Part shown: positions 9,236-17,580 of the stretch, piece after piece
How the letters are laid out: each line of letters begins with the position of its first letter
Numbering within the stretch: the first letter of the stretch is position 1
IMG/VR virus record: IMGVR_UViG_3300042289_000986
Location: 147,588 to 211,587 of that record
Direction: 5' to 3' (one strand)
DNA: 64,000 nucleotides
Notes under the pieces: model-generated
Database searches by the model: none
The model's input: the letters and a program-made list of their open reading frames with translations, nothing else
Told to the model about the DNA's origin: nothing
Translations under genes and position numbers: made by a program

Positions 9236-9760
9236 ATGAAAAAAATATTACCCCTATTAATCTTAATAGTTTTATCTAGTTCTAGCTTTGGACAGTTTTG
9301 GAAACCAAAAGCTAAAGCCACTCCAACACCTGCAAAACCACCTGTTACTGTTGTAGAAAAATCAAAAAATCCAATACAAGAAGCAAAAGCACTTGTTAAA
9401 GAATTGCAAAACGAGTTAACTGTAGCAAAAACAGAAAATACAAAGTTAAAAAATAACCTCAACCAAGCGAATGAAAACGTTAAAAAAGGTTTTTTAGAAA
9501 TTACAAAATTAAATGAAGAAATTAATGCATTAAAAGAATGGGGAGTTATTCAACAAGCAGAGGCTCAAAAATTTATGGAGAAATATAATAGTGCTGTTAA
9601 GCGTTATCATAGATTAAAGATCATTGCAGCAATTATTGCCGCTGCTGGTGGGGTTTTGCTTGGACTACAGTTTATGAATCTTGCACCACCTCCTTATAAT
9701 TTAGGAATTCCTGTTGGTGGTGCAGCTTTATTTGCATTTTTAGTTTGGATATTTTTATAA
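9236..9760 (+). CDS. Exported coiled-coil membrane protein, candidate inner-membrane spanin component
   Basis: MKKILPLLILIVLSSSSFG signal, Pro-rich linker, long coiled coil, two C-terminal hydrophobic segments. Confidence 0.5.
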   Translation: MKKILPLLILIVLSSSSFGQFWKPKAKATPTPAKPPVTVVEKSKNPIQEAKALVKELQNELTVAKTENTKLKNNLNQANENVKKGFLEITKLNEEINALKEWGVIQQAEAQKFMEKYNSAVKRYHRLKIIAAIIAAAGGVLLGLQFMNLAPPPYNLGIPVGGAALFAFLVWIFL

Positions 9761-9763
9761 ACT

Positions 9764-10240
9764 ATGTGGAACGCAGTCACCAATACCTTTAAAAATATAT
9801 ATGCTTTTTTAAATACTGGTGTTGTGCCGCCAAATACTCCACTACCAGTTAGAGAAGAAATGAAGCGAATTAATCACTTTGCTTCTAGAAAGTTTTTTAT
9901 TGTTTTTACTTCCTTTTTAGGTCTTTGTTTTTTTTATTTTGCAAGTGTTGGAATATTGTTTTTACTTCCACAAAATGGAACAGAATTGATAAGTGGTTAT
10001 GTGACTATTTTTACTAAAACAATCGAAGTTTTGGCCGTTATTATTGCAGCATATTTAGGTGTTCAAGCTGTTGTCGATTTAAAGTACAGTAGTTCTTCTA
10101 ATGTTTCATCTGAAACAGTTAAAAGTATTGAAAAAATAGACGAAAAGGTTATCACAGAACAAACTATGAAATATGCCGAAATTTATAAAGATGATCCGTC
10201 ATATGCTCCTATAGAATGGGCTTTAAGTTATGACAAATAA
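9764..10240 (+). CDS. Putative holin (two TM segments)
   Basis: SRKFFIVF... and IEVLAVIIAAYLGVQAVVD hydrophobic segments; directly upstream of the endolysin. Confidence 0.6.
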   Translation: MWNAVTNTFKNIYAFLNTGVVPPNTPLPVREEMKRINHFASRKFFIVFTSFLGLCFFYFASVGILFLLPQNGTELISGYVTIFTKTIEVLAVIIAAYLGVQAVVDLKYSSSSNVSSETVKSIEKIDEKVITEQTMKYAEIYKDDPSYAPIEWALSYDK

Positions 10241-10937
10241 CATGAAAGTATTAGAAAGAGGGGATTTTGGCGAAGAAGTAAAACAATGGCAATTGTTTTT
10301 ACAATCTGCTGGTTATAAGATCCCATACGTTGATGGTGCGTTTGGTCCTGAAACTGAAAGAGAAACATTAAAATTTCAAACCAAAAACGGTTTAAAGCCC
10401 GATGGTGTCGTTGGTCCTAAAACTTGGAAGTTCGTAACTACTGTCAGTAGTAATACACCACTTTCACAAAAATGGCCTAAACAAAACTATAATTCTATGG
10501 TAAATTTTTATGGACCAGTTGGCGAAAACCAAACAAAATTGGATGTTCCATATAAATTAAAAATTGCTTGGGATAAAAACGTATCTTTGAGCAAGATTAC
10601 ATGTCATCAAAAGTGTGCTAAATCTTTATATACAATATTTGAAAAAACTTTGAGCACATATGGGCAAAAAGAAATTACTCGATTAAGATTAGACATCTTT
10701 GGTGGCTGTTTAAATGTCAGAAAGATGCGTGGTGGTTCTGCATGGTCTATTCATTCTTGGGGTGCTGCTGTTGATTTAGATCCAGACAACAATCAGCTAA
10801 GATGGGGTAAAGATAAAGCATCTTTTGGTAAAAAAGAATATGAAGATTTTTGGAAAATAGTTGAATCTGAAGGCTGGATCAGTTTGGGAAGAGCCAGAAA
10901 CTACGATTGGATGCATTTTCAAGCAGCAACTCTATAA
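10230..10937 (+). CDS. Endolysin: peptidoglycan-binding domain plus M15-family Zn peptidase
   Basis: PG_binding_1 pattern (LERGDFGEEVKQWQ...DGAFGPET...FQ...GLKPDGVVGPKTW); M15 motifs SIHSWGAAVD and DWMHFQ. Confidence 0.88.
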   Translation: MTNNMKVLERGDFGEEVKQWQLFLQSAGYKIPYVDGAFGPETERETLKFQTKNGLKPDGVVGPKTWKFVTTVSSNTPLSQKWPKQNYNSMVNFYGPVGENQTKLDVPYKLKIAWDKNVSLSKITCHQKCAKSLYTIFEKTLSTYGQKEITRLRLDIFGGCLNVRKMRGGSAWSIHSWGAAVDLDPDNNQLRWGKDKASFGKKEYEDFWKIVESEGWISLGRARNYDWMHFQAATL

Positions 10938-11014
10938 TATTTTGATTATCAACAACTTACAAAATTAACATTTATGTTTTTGTAAGTCTTTAATTTTGAA
11001 CAATTTATAAAAAA

Positions 11015-11257
11015 ATGGATTTATCAGACATATATTCTAAACAAGTTAAAAAAACATCTGTATCCATGTTACAAGTTGGTGGAAATTTTCCACAAATTGA
11101 AAAAGATCCAAACATCAGAAGATTAGAACAAGAAGTATATGCTAAAATGCGTAGCATAATGCCAAAAGAAGAACCACAACAAGCACCTAAAGACGAAGTT
11201 GTTGCACTATCATTTCAAGACGCATTAAAAGAACTTGCTGAATTTCAAAAAAAATAG
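11015..11257 (+). CDS. Hypothetical protein
   Basis: 80-aa ORF with ATG start. Confidence 0.55.
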   Translation: MDLSDIYSKQVKKTSVSMLQVGGNFPQIEKDPNIRRLEQEVYAKMRSIMPKEEPQQAPKDEVVALSFQDALKELAEFQKK

Positions 11258-11265
11258 TATAAATA
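11258..11265 (+). promoter_or_regulatory. T4-type late promoter
   Basis: Exact TATAAATA, 5 nt before ATG 11271. Confidence 0.7.
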
Positions 11266-11270
11266 AACAT

Positions 11271-11642
11271 ATGAGTAAATTTTCCGAACTTTTTGAACAA
11301 ATGTATCTTCCATTACAAGGCTTAGTAAATGAACAAGAAGATATGGCAAACGAAATACCTGAAGCCCAACCAGAAGTCGGTGTAGATGCCGAAACAATGA
11401 GTGAACTTCCAATTTTATCAAATGATGAAATAGCACAATTTATTGCAGGATTAAAACAATTTTATTCTCAAGAAAATCCAGCATTAACACAAGACCAAAT
11501 TGATCAAATTAAAAATGTAAACCCAAGAGACTCTAGAGAAGATTCTGCTATCAAAGCATCGATTGATGTTTTAATGAAAATTTTTAATGTTGGTGGAGTA
11601 CAAACATCTCCATCAACTATTCCTGATTCAACGTTTGAATAA
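11271..11642 (+). CDS. Acidic hypothetical protein, possible internal head protein
   Basis: Start moved to MSKFSELFE directly after TATAAATA. Confidence 0.6.
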   Translation: MSKFSELFEQMYLPLQGLVNEQEDMANEIPEAQPEVGVDAETMSELPILSNDEIAQFIAGLKQFYSQENPALTQDQIDQIKNVNPRDSREDSAIKASIDVLMKIFNVGGVQTSPSTIPDSTFE

Positions 11643-11681
11643 AAATTTGATTTATTCTAATATACTAGTAATATAGTATAC

Positions 11682-11975
11682 ATGAATAACGTAAGTTTTA
11701 ATTTAAAGTCTTTAACCAAAGAAGAAGTATCAACAATTTTAGAATCTTTATTGTTCAGTTCTTCTGTTGATGTTTGTGCTAGTTGGTATAAAGAAGATTC
11801 TTTAAACATGTTTAATTTAGCAAAAAAAATTCGAAATATTTTTCCAGAAATTTTAATTGATAATGTTTATATTATCGAAGATAAACAAAACAATTTTGAA
11901 CTTAATGATAAACATACGAAAAAAATTGTAGAATTTTTTCCTGAAATCAAAAAAGAAAAAATAGAAAATTTATGA
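11682..11975 (+). CDS. Hypothetical protein
   Basis: 97-aa ORF, ATGA-coupled to the next gene. Confidence 0.55.
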   Translation: MNNVSFNLKSLTKEEVSTILESLLFSSSVDVCASWYKEDSLNMFNLAKKIRNIFPEILIDNVYIIEDKQNNFELNDKHTKKIVEFFPEIKKEKIENL

Positions 11976-12616
11976 AAATTGCAGTAATTGGAACAGCTAA
12001 CATAGGAAAGTCAACTTATATAAAAGACTTTTTAAAAAAATGGCCAATGTATAAATTGGTCGATAGCGAATATCGAAAACTTTTAAAAGAAAAAAATCTT
12101 TCTCATAGCAAAGATGGAAATGAAGAAAGTCAAAGAATCATTCTAAATTGTTTAGTTGATGAAGTAGTCAAGTATTCAAAAGATGAATTTGCTATTTTCG
12201 ATAGATGTGTTGTTGATGTATTGGCATATTCAACTTGGTTGCATTTAAATGGGAAAATTTCTGAAAAGTTTTTAGATGAACAAAGAATTTTAATTCGAGA
12301 GACTTTAAAATTATATGATGTTTTATTTTTTATACCTTTAACTAAAGTTGCTCCAGTAGAAATAGAAGATAATGGAATTAGAGAAACCGATCCAGTTTAT
12401 CGTGAAGAAATAGATACAATATTCAAAGCATTTCAAGAATCTTATCATCGTGGTGATGGTAGAGTTTTTCCAAAAGATGATTGTCCAGCAATCATTGAAA
12501 TATTCGGAAATCCAGAACAAAGATTGAAAATGACAGAGCTTTATCTGACACAAGAAGGTAAATGCTATGGAGAAGAAGAAAGTTTAATCTCTGATATTAT
12601 CCCTGCTAAATTTTAA
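11972..12616 (+). CDS. P-loop nucleotide kinase-like protein (AAA_28/NadR-type)
   Basis: IAVIGTANIGKST Walker A, FDRCVVDVLAY, YDVLFFIP, EDNGIR. Confidence 0.75.
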   Translation: MKIAVIGTANIGKSTYIKDFLKKWPMYKLVDSEYRKLLKEKNLSHSKDGNEESQRIILNCLVDEVVKYSKDEFAIFDRCVVDVLAYSTWLHLNGKISEKFLDEQRILIRETLKLYDVLFFIPLTKVAPVEIEDNGIRETDPVYREEIDTIFKAFQESYHRGDGRVFPKDDCPAIIEIFGNPEQRLKMTELYLTQEGKCYGEEESLISDIIPAKF

Positions 12617-12618
12617 TC

Positions 12619-12647
12619 TTGATATTTTTAAATTTATGGGTTAAGAT
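12619..12647 (+). promoter_or_regulatory. Sigma70-like promoter of the primase gene
   Basis: TTGATA, 17 bp, TAAGAT; 8 nt before ATG 12656. Confidence 0.4.
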
Positions 12648-12655
12648 TGGGAATA

Positions 12656-13618
12656 ATGACCATACCCCAAACTTACATTCTTAATAAACTTTATTCATAT
12701 GCAATGGATCCAGTTTTTAGAAAACATGATGGAACTTACAATGCGGGTTGTCCTATTTGTCGAGAGGGTAAAAGTCTAGGAAAAAAGAAAAGACTTTTTT
12801 ATTATCCAACATCAAACACATTTCATTGTTTTAATTGCTCAAAAACTTGGTCTGCTTATTCTTGGATTTTGAAAGTATCTGGTCTTTCAAAAGAAGAGAT
12901 GCAGTATGAAATAAATAACAATACTTTTTCAACAGATGTTGGATCAAAGCCACTTTTTAATCCACAAAAAAGAAAAAAAGTTACAGATCTTCCATATGAT
13001 TCAATAAACCTTTTTGATGAAACACAACAAAAGTATTATTTGGATAATCCGTATTTTAAAAAAGCTTTGACTTATATCAAAGAAAGAAAATTAGATCAAG
13101 CTATTAACAAATCTCCGAATCTTTTTATAAGTTTAACAGATTTTACACACAAAAATAGAATTTGTATACCTTTTTACGATAGAAATAAAAAAATTTGTTT
13201 TTATCAAACAAGGGCTATTGATAATACAGAACCTAGATATTTGGGCAAAGAGAATTCCGATAAAACAATATTTGGGATTGATAGAATTGATACATCTTTA
13301 AATTATATTTTTATTTTCGAAGGACCGATTGATGCAATGTTTGTAAAAAATGCTATTAGTGCAGCAGGTTTAAGTTTGACACAAACACAAAAATCACAAT
13401 TAAGTGAATTTCCATTTTATGAAAAAATTTGGGTTTTAGATAATCCTAAATTTGATGAAACAGCTAAAGAAAAAACAAAAGAGCTTTTATTAAAGGGAGA
13501 AAAAGTTTTTAAATGGCCATCTGGCATGTCCTATAAGGATTTCAATGCAATGGCTATGTTTGAAGATCTTAACGAAATTCCTTATCAAAGGATTATCGAT
13601 AATGTTTTAAAGCTTTAG
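12656..13618 (+). CDS. gp61: DNA primase (T4 gp61-like)
   Basis: Zn ribbon CPIC...FHCFNC, RICIPF, TOPRIM FIFEGPIDAMF, VLDN, KDFN. Confidence 0.92.
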   Translation: MTIPQTYILNKLYSYAMDPVFRKHDGTYNAGCPICREGKSLGKKKRLFYYPTSNTFHCFNCSKTWSAYSWILKVSGLSKEEMQYEINNNTFSTDVGSKPLFNPQKRKKVTDLPYDSINLFDETQQKYYLDNPYFKKALTYIKERKLDQAINKSPNLFISLTDFTHKNRICIPFYDRNKKICFYQTRAIDNTEPRYLGKENSDKTIFGIDRIDTSLNYIFIFEGPIDAMFVKNAISAAGLSLTQTQKSQLSEFPFYEKIWVLDNPKFDETAKEKTKELLLKGEKVFKWPSGMSYKDFNAMAMFEDLNEIPYQRIIDNVLKL

Positions 13619-14214
13619 CTACCTGCTTTTAATTGTTCCGTATCACGAAGTTTTTTAGGAGCCGTAATGATATAGGTGTTAAGAATTTCTTTTAATTTTT
13701 CAACTTCACCAGCAATACGAGTAATACTATCCGAAGCTTTTCTTGTTACACCACGTAACAAACTACCTGCACGATCACCGTCTGCCAAAATTTTATGCAA
13801 AGATTCAGAAGAAGGATCATTTAAAAAACTTGCAAATTCATCTAATTTTGAAGACCAGCTTCTAATAGAATTAATAGTTTCTGATGTCATTTCTGCTGGA
13901 TTACCCTCCACATCAAATTGATCAGGAGCAGTTTCTGCTTCTAAAGAATTTTCAAAATCTTTTTTATTTGTTTCTGGTGTAAATTCTTCTGGTGACTTCA
14001 TATCACCACTTGCTGGTTCTTCTGATGGTGTTATAGTGACTTCTTCTTGTTCTTTTAACAAAGCAGCCATGAATCTAGCTGAAAAAGCATCATACGAGGA
14101 AAGATCCAAAGAAATTCTTTTAGTATTATCTTTTAAAATTCGATTTCTTTCTTTCTTTTGGCAGCAACAGTCTTTTTTCATAGTTGTTTTTGGGCTTTTT
14201 TTCTTGGATTTCAT
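13615..14214 (-). CDS. Hypothetical late protein
   Basis: 199-aa ORF; TAAATA on the minus strand at 14229-14234; basic N-terminus then ALLKE and an acidic region. Confidence 0.6.
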   Translation of the reverse strand: MKSKKKSPKTTMKKDCCCQKKERNRILKDNTKRISLDLSSYDAFSARFMAALLKEQEEVTITPSEEPASGDMKSPEEFTPETNKKDFENSLEAETAPDQFDVEGNPAEMTSETINSIRSWSSKLDEFASFLNDPSSESLHKILADGDRAGSLLRGVTRKASDSITRIAGEVEKLKEILNTYIITAPKKLRDTEQLKAGS

Positions 14215-14243
14215 GTGTATGTATGATATATTTACTCTTATCT

Positions 14244-14918
14244 ATGTCTGAAATTTTAAATAATTATCATTTTGTTGTTGCAACTCCACAAACTAAAAAA
14301 GATTTTCACAGTAAAAGTCAAATTGGTTTGTTTTTTGATAAAGCAAATATTGAAAATTACACTGTAGTTTATGAAAATAAAGAAGGTTTAGCTAAAATAT
14401 ATAATAAGTTTCTTACAGAAGATAATAGAAACAAAAAGATTGTTTTTGTGCATGATGACGTTCTTATTGAAGATTTGTTTTGGAAAGAAAAGTTGGATAT
14501 TGCTTTTGAAAAATATGATATTATCGGTTTAGCTGGTTCTAAAAAATGTAATTTGTCATCTGAGATTCCTGCATGGCATTTGATGTGCGAAAGAAATGAT
14601 TTAGTTGGCGAAGTTTCGCACTCAAAAGACAAACAAAATTGGACTACCGTTTTTGGTCCATCAGATTCCAGAGCATTAATATTGGACGGTCTTTTTATTG
14701 CTGTTAAAGTTTCAAAACTTTTAGATACAAATACTAAATTTGATGAAGATTTTACTTTTCATCATTATGATATAACATTTTGTTTAAATGCAAATAAAAA
14801 TAAATTGAAAATGGGTGTTTATCCAGTTAAAGTTACCCACTTTGGATTAGGAGATAGTATGAATTCCGATCAATGGCGTCAAAGCGCAATACATTTTAAA
14901 CAAAAATATAAAATATGA
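14244..14918 (+). CDS. GT-A glycosyltransferase-like protein (Glyco_tranf_2_5-like)
   Basis: GLAKIYN, IVFVHDDV, IIGLAG, LDGLFIAV, FDEDFTFHHYDITFCL. Confidence 0.8.
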   Translation: MSEILNNYHFVVATPQTKKDFHSKSQIGLFFDKANIENYTVVYENKEGLAKIYNKFLTEDNRNKKIVFVHDDVLIEDLFWKEKLDIAFEKYDIIGLAGSKKCNLSSEIPAWHLMCERNDLVGEVSHSKDKQNWTTVFGPSDSRALILDGLFIAVKVSKLLDTNTKFDEDFTFHHYDITFCLNANKNKLKMGVYPVKVTHFGLGDSMNSDQWRQSAIHFKQKYKI

Positions 14919-15292
14919 AAAATAGAGATACGAGATTTTTTGATTTTTTAAATTGGGTTTTTAAGAAAAGTAAAAATAAACCCGAAAACTATCAACCATC
15001 AATATTTTTATTGAATCGTTGGTTGTCTATGGCTGAATTTCACTTTGCTAAAATTGTAAATTTGACTACAAACAAATGGGCCAAGAATTTTTCTGAAATT
15101 AATTATGGAGATTTTTATTATACAATGTTTCCCAAATACGGAAAAAATATAAATTATATTAAAAAAACAAAAAACGAAAGAAGTAAGGATAACGAAGATT
15201 ATAAAAACATAGCTAATTTACTGGAATGTTCTGTTAGAGAAGTGGAAATGTATAAAAATACACTTGAAGAACTGAGGATACAGTCTAATTAA
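14915..15292 (+). CDS. gp62: Clamp-loader small subunit (T4 gp62-like)
   Basis: FFDFLN...YQPSIFLLNRWLSM...YIKK...IANLLECSVRE pattern. Confidence 0.6.
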   Translation: MKNRDTRFFDFLNWVFKKSKNKPENYQPSIFLLNRWLSMAEFHFAKIVNLTTNKWAKNFSEINYGDFYYTMFPKYGKNINYIKKTKNERSKDNEDYKNIANLLECSVREVEMYKNTLEELRIQSN

Positions 15293-15298
15293 ACTTAT

Positions 15299-15679
15299 AT
15301 GATAGCAAGACCCAAGCAAGAAGACCGCATTGGCGGAAAAGTACAATTAGACAACTACATAGGACATGAAATGAACCTAGAAGGTTGGTCTTTAACAAAA
15401 GTTTTAGATGACATTTTAATGTGTCAATATATCGATGTGAACGAAGATGGAACTGAAATAAAAAGAGGTTCTATTTGGGTTCCAATTAATACAGTTAATT
15501 TTACATGGCGTTTAGCAAAAGTATTGATCGCAGGACCTGATTGTAAAACTGTTAAAAAAGATGATGTTGTTATGTTTCCTAATGACAAAGGAATACAAGT
15601 AGCAAACATGAATGGTTTAAAAAATGTAGTATTTTTAAACGAAAGTCGTATTTTTGGTGTTTGTGAACCAAAAGATTAA
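15299..15679 (+). CDS. GroES/Cpn10-like co-chaperonin (functional analogue of T4 gp31)
   Basis: GSIWVP mobile loop, AKVLIAGPDCKTVKKDDVVMFP, FLNESRIFGV. Confidence 0.75.
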   Translation: MIARPKQEDRIGGKVQLDNYIGHEMNLEGWSLTKVLDDILMCQYIDVNEDGTEIKRGSIWVPINTVNFTWRLAKVLIAGPDCKTVKKDDVVMFPNDKGIQVANMNGLKNVVFLNESRIFGVCEPKD

Positions 15680-15681
15680 TA

Positions 15682-16062
15682 ATGAAAGTTAGTTGGGGCG
15701 ATTTAAGAAAACTTTGTTTAAAAAATGTTGTTGAATTAAAGTTTGTTCGTCGCAACAAATTAAGATATCCAGCAACTAGAAGAATGCTTTGCACTTTAGA
15801 TACGGTTCTTTTAAATTCTGATTTTGGAAAAGAAACATTAAATTTTAAACCTCCTAGATATGCTCCACCATATGATGCAAAGTCAAAAAGTTTATTAACA
15901 GTTTGGGATATCATCATGCAAGATTGGAGAAATGTTCCAGTTGATGCTTGTGAAATGGTAGTAGCAGTCCCTACATCACCACAAAATAAATTTTTAGAAT
16001 TTTTCGATAAAAAAATAGGAAAAATGTCTGCCTTACAAAAGAAATCCTTTATGGACAAATAA
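15682..16062 (+). CDS. Conserved phage protein, WYL_2/DUF2693-like SH3 barrel
   Basis: VVELKFVRR...RRMLCTLD...VWDIIMQDWRNV. Confidence 0.55.
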   Translation: MKVSWGDLRKLCLKNVVELKFVRRNKLRYPATRRMLCTLDTVLLNSDFGKETLNFKPPRYAPPYDAKSKSLLTVWDIIMQDWRNVPVDACEMVVAVPTSPQNKFLEFFDKKIGKMSALQKKSFMDK

Positions 16063-16063
16063 T

Positions 16064-16420
16064 ATGACTATTCACGGTTCAAAACTTGAAACTGCTTGTA
16101 AATTTTTACTTCAAAAAGATTTAAATTTAGAATTTAAAAATAAAACTTATAAACAAGGAAAATTAATTTTATTTTATCAACGTAATTTTTACATTACTTT
16201 TGTAATGAATACTCTAAAAAAAGATAATGAAAAAATAGAAATACCAATTCCATACGAAATAGAGCTTTACGAAGAAGATAATTTGGTGTACTTTGATTAT
16301 AGACTAAAAACGTTGGCAAAACATGCACCAGAAATTGAAACAAATATTATTCTTTACCCAAAAAAAGTTAAAAACAGTAAATTTTGGGATAGTATATTAT
16401 TAATCAATACAAATGAATAA
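16064..16420 (+). CDS. Hypothetical protein
   Basis: 118-aa ORF in a tight operon. Confidence 0.55.
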   Translation: MTIHGSKLETACKFLLQKDLNLEFKNKTYKQGKLILFYQRNFYITFVMNTLKKDNEKIEIPIPYEIELYEEDNLVYFDYRLKTLAKHAPEIETNIILYPKKVKNSKFWDSILLINTNE

Positions 16421-16667
16421 CAATAGACAAATATATAGTGTATTTTCTGGTACATTTTACGAAATTCCAGAAAAAGATATCAAATTAATTGATATTGGTC
16501 AATTACCATTGATTAAAAAACCAAGTTCTAGCTGTAATAAATGCTATGGTAGAGGTCATTTAGGGCGCGATGCTAAAAATCTAACATATCAAATATGCAA
16601 ATGTATTAGAAAAAACATCGATTTTGAAGTAATAGAGAACTTAAAGAAACAAAATATTCCTTTATAA
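16413..16667 (+). CDS. Small Zn-ribbon-like protein
   Basis: CNKCYGRG...ICKC. Confidence 0.55.
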   Translation: MNNNRQIYSVFSGTFYEIPEKDIKLIDIGQLPLIKKPSSSCNKCYGRGHLGRDAKNLTYQICKCIRKNIDFEVIENLKKQNIPL

Positions 16668-16695
16668 TACTTGTAACCGCGCATAAGTAATTTCA

Positions 16696-17574
16696 ATGAA
16701 AAATTACACCTTTGCGTGGGAAATTCAAACTTTATTAGAGCAGTTTGTTTCGGCTTTTAATGATGTAATCATTAAAAGATATGATAAAAACAAAAATGCT
16801 ATCGCTCCAACGAGCGGTTTTAAAGTTAGATATATTTATGCACCAAAACAAAGGGTAATAAATAGTCTAACAACACCCGCACCGGGTGGAATTACTGCAC
16901 CTGTCATTGCTGTTAATATAACAAGTATTTCAAGAGACAATAGTCGCGTGTTTAACAAACATGAAGGGTTTGATGTTGCTTATGTACCCAACGATGGAAG
17001 CGGAACATACGTAAAAAATATACACCAGCCAGTTCCAATTAATATTAGCGTCAATATGACAATATTGACAAAATATCAATCGGATATGGATCAAATTTTA
17101 ACTAATTTTATTCCATATTGTGATCCTTATGTTATTATTTCTTGGAAATTACCAGCAGTATCTAAATCGTCTATTCCATATGAAATAAGATCAGAAATTT
17201 TATGGAGCGGAAATGTTAATTTAAACTATCCAACTGATATATCTCCAACTCAAGCCTTTCGTCTAACAGCAGATACAAGTTTTACAATTAAAGGTTGGCT
17301 GTTTAAAAAGATGGATGAAACTATCAATAAAATTTACACAATACAATCTGATTATTACGATGGAAGGTTATTGGTACAAGATCCTGCAAAATCTCTCATA
17401 CAAAGTTTTGAAGATGTTTTCGGTCCTTGGGAAAATTACCCAGGTACAGAACTTCCACCAGAAGAAATATCTGAACTTCCTCCATTAATTGATGATAATA
17501 TCTCAAATGCATTAATAGCATTCGACGGAGCAATATTAGTTGATATTGAAGGGAACATTTTGATAAATATATAA
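16696..17574 (+). CDS. gp15: Tail sheath stabiliser/tail completion protein (T4 gp15-like) with C-terminal extension
   Basis: FVSAFNDV, YAPKQR, PVPINISVNMTILTKYQSDMDQILTNFIPY, FTIKGWLF. Confidence 0.82.
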   Translation: MKNYTFAWEIQTLLEQFVSAFNDVIIKRYDKNKNAIAPTSGFKVRYIYAPKQRVINSLTTPAPGGITAPVIAVNITSISRDNSRVFNKHEGFDVAYVPNDGSGTYVKNIHQPVPINISVNMTILTKYQSDMDQILTNFIPYCDPYVIISWKLPAVSKSSIPYEIRSEILWSGNVNLNYPTDISPTQAFRLTADTSFTIKGWLFKKMDETINKIYTIQSDYYDGRLLVQDPAKSLIQSFEDVFGPWENYPGTELPPEEISELPPLIDDNISNALIAFDGAILVDIEGNILINI

Positions 17575-17580
17575 TAATAT

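Noticed and set aside
15579-16058. 159-aa antisense ORF (also 5291-6352, 13676-14251, 43396-43749, 44539-44829, 61639-63990)
   Set aside because: Fully overlap well-supported genes on the other strand and show no recognisable motifs.
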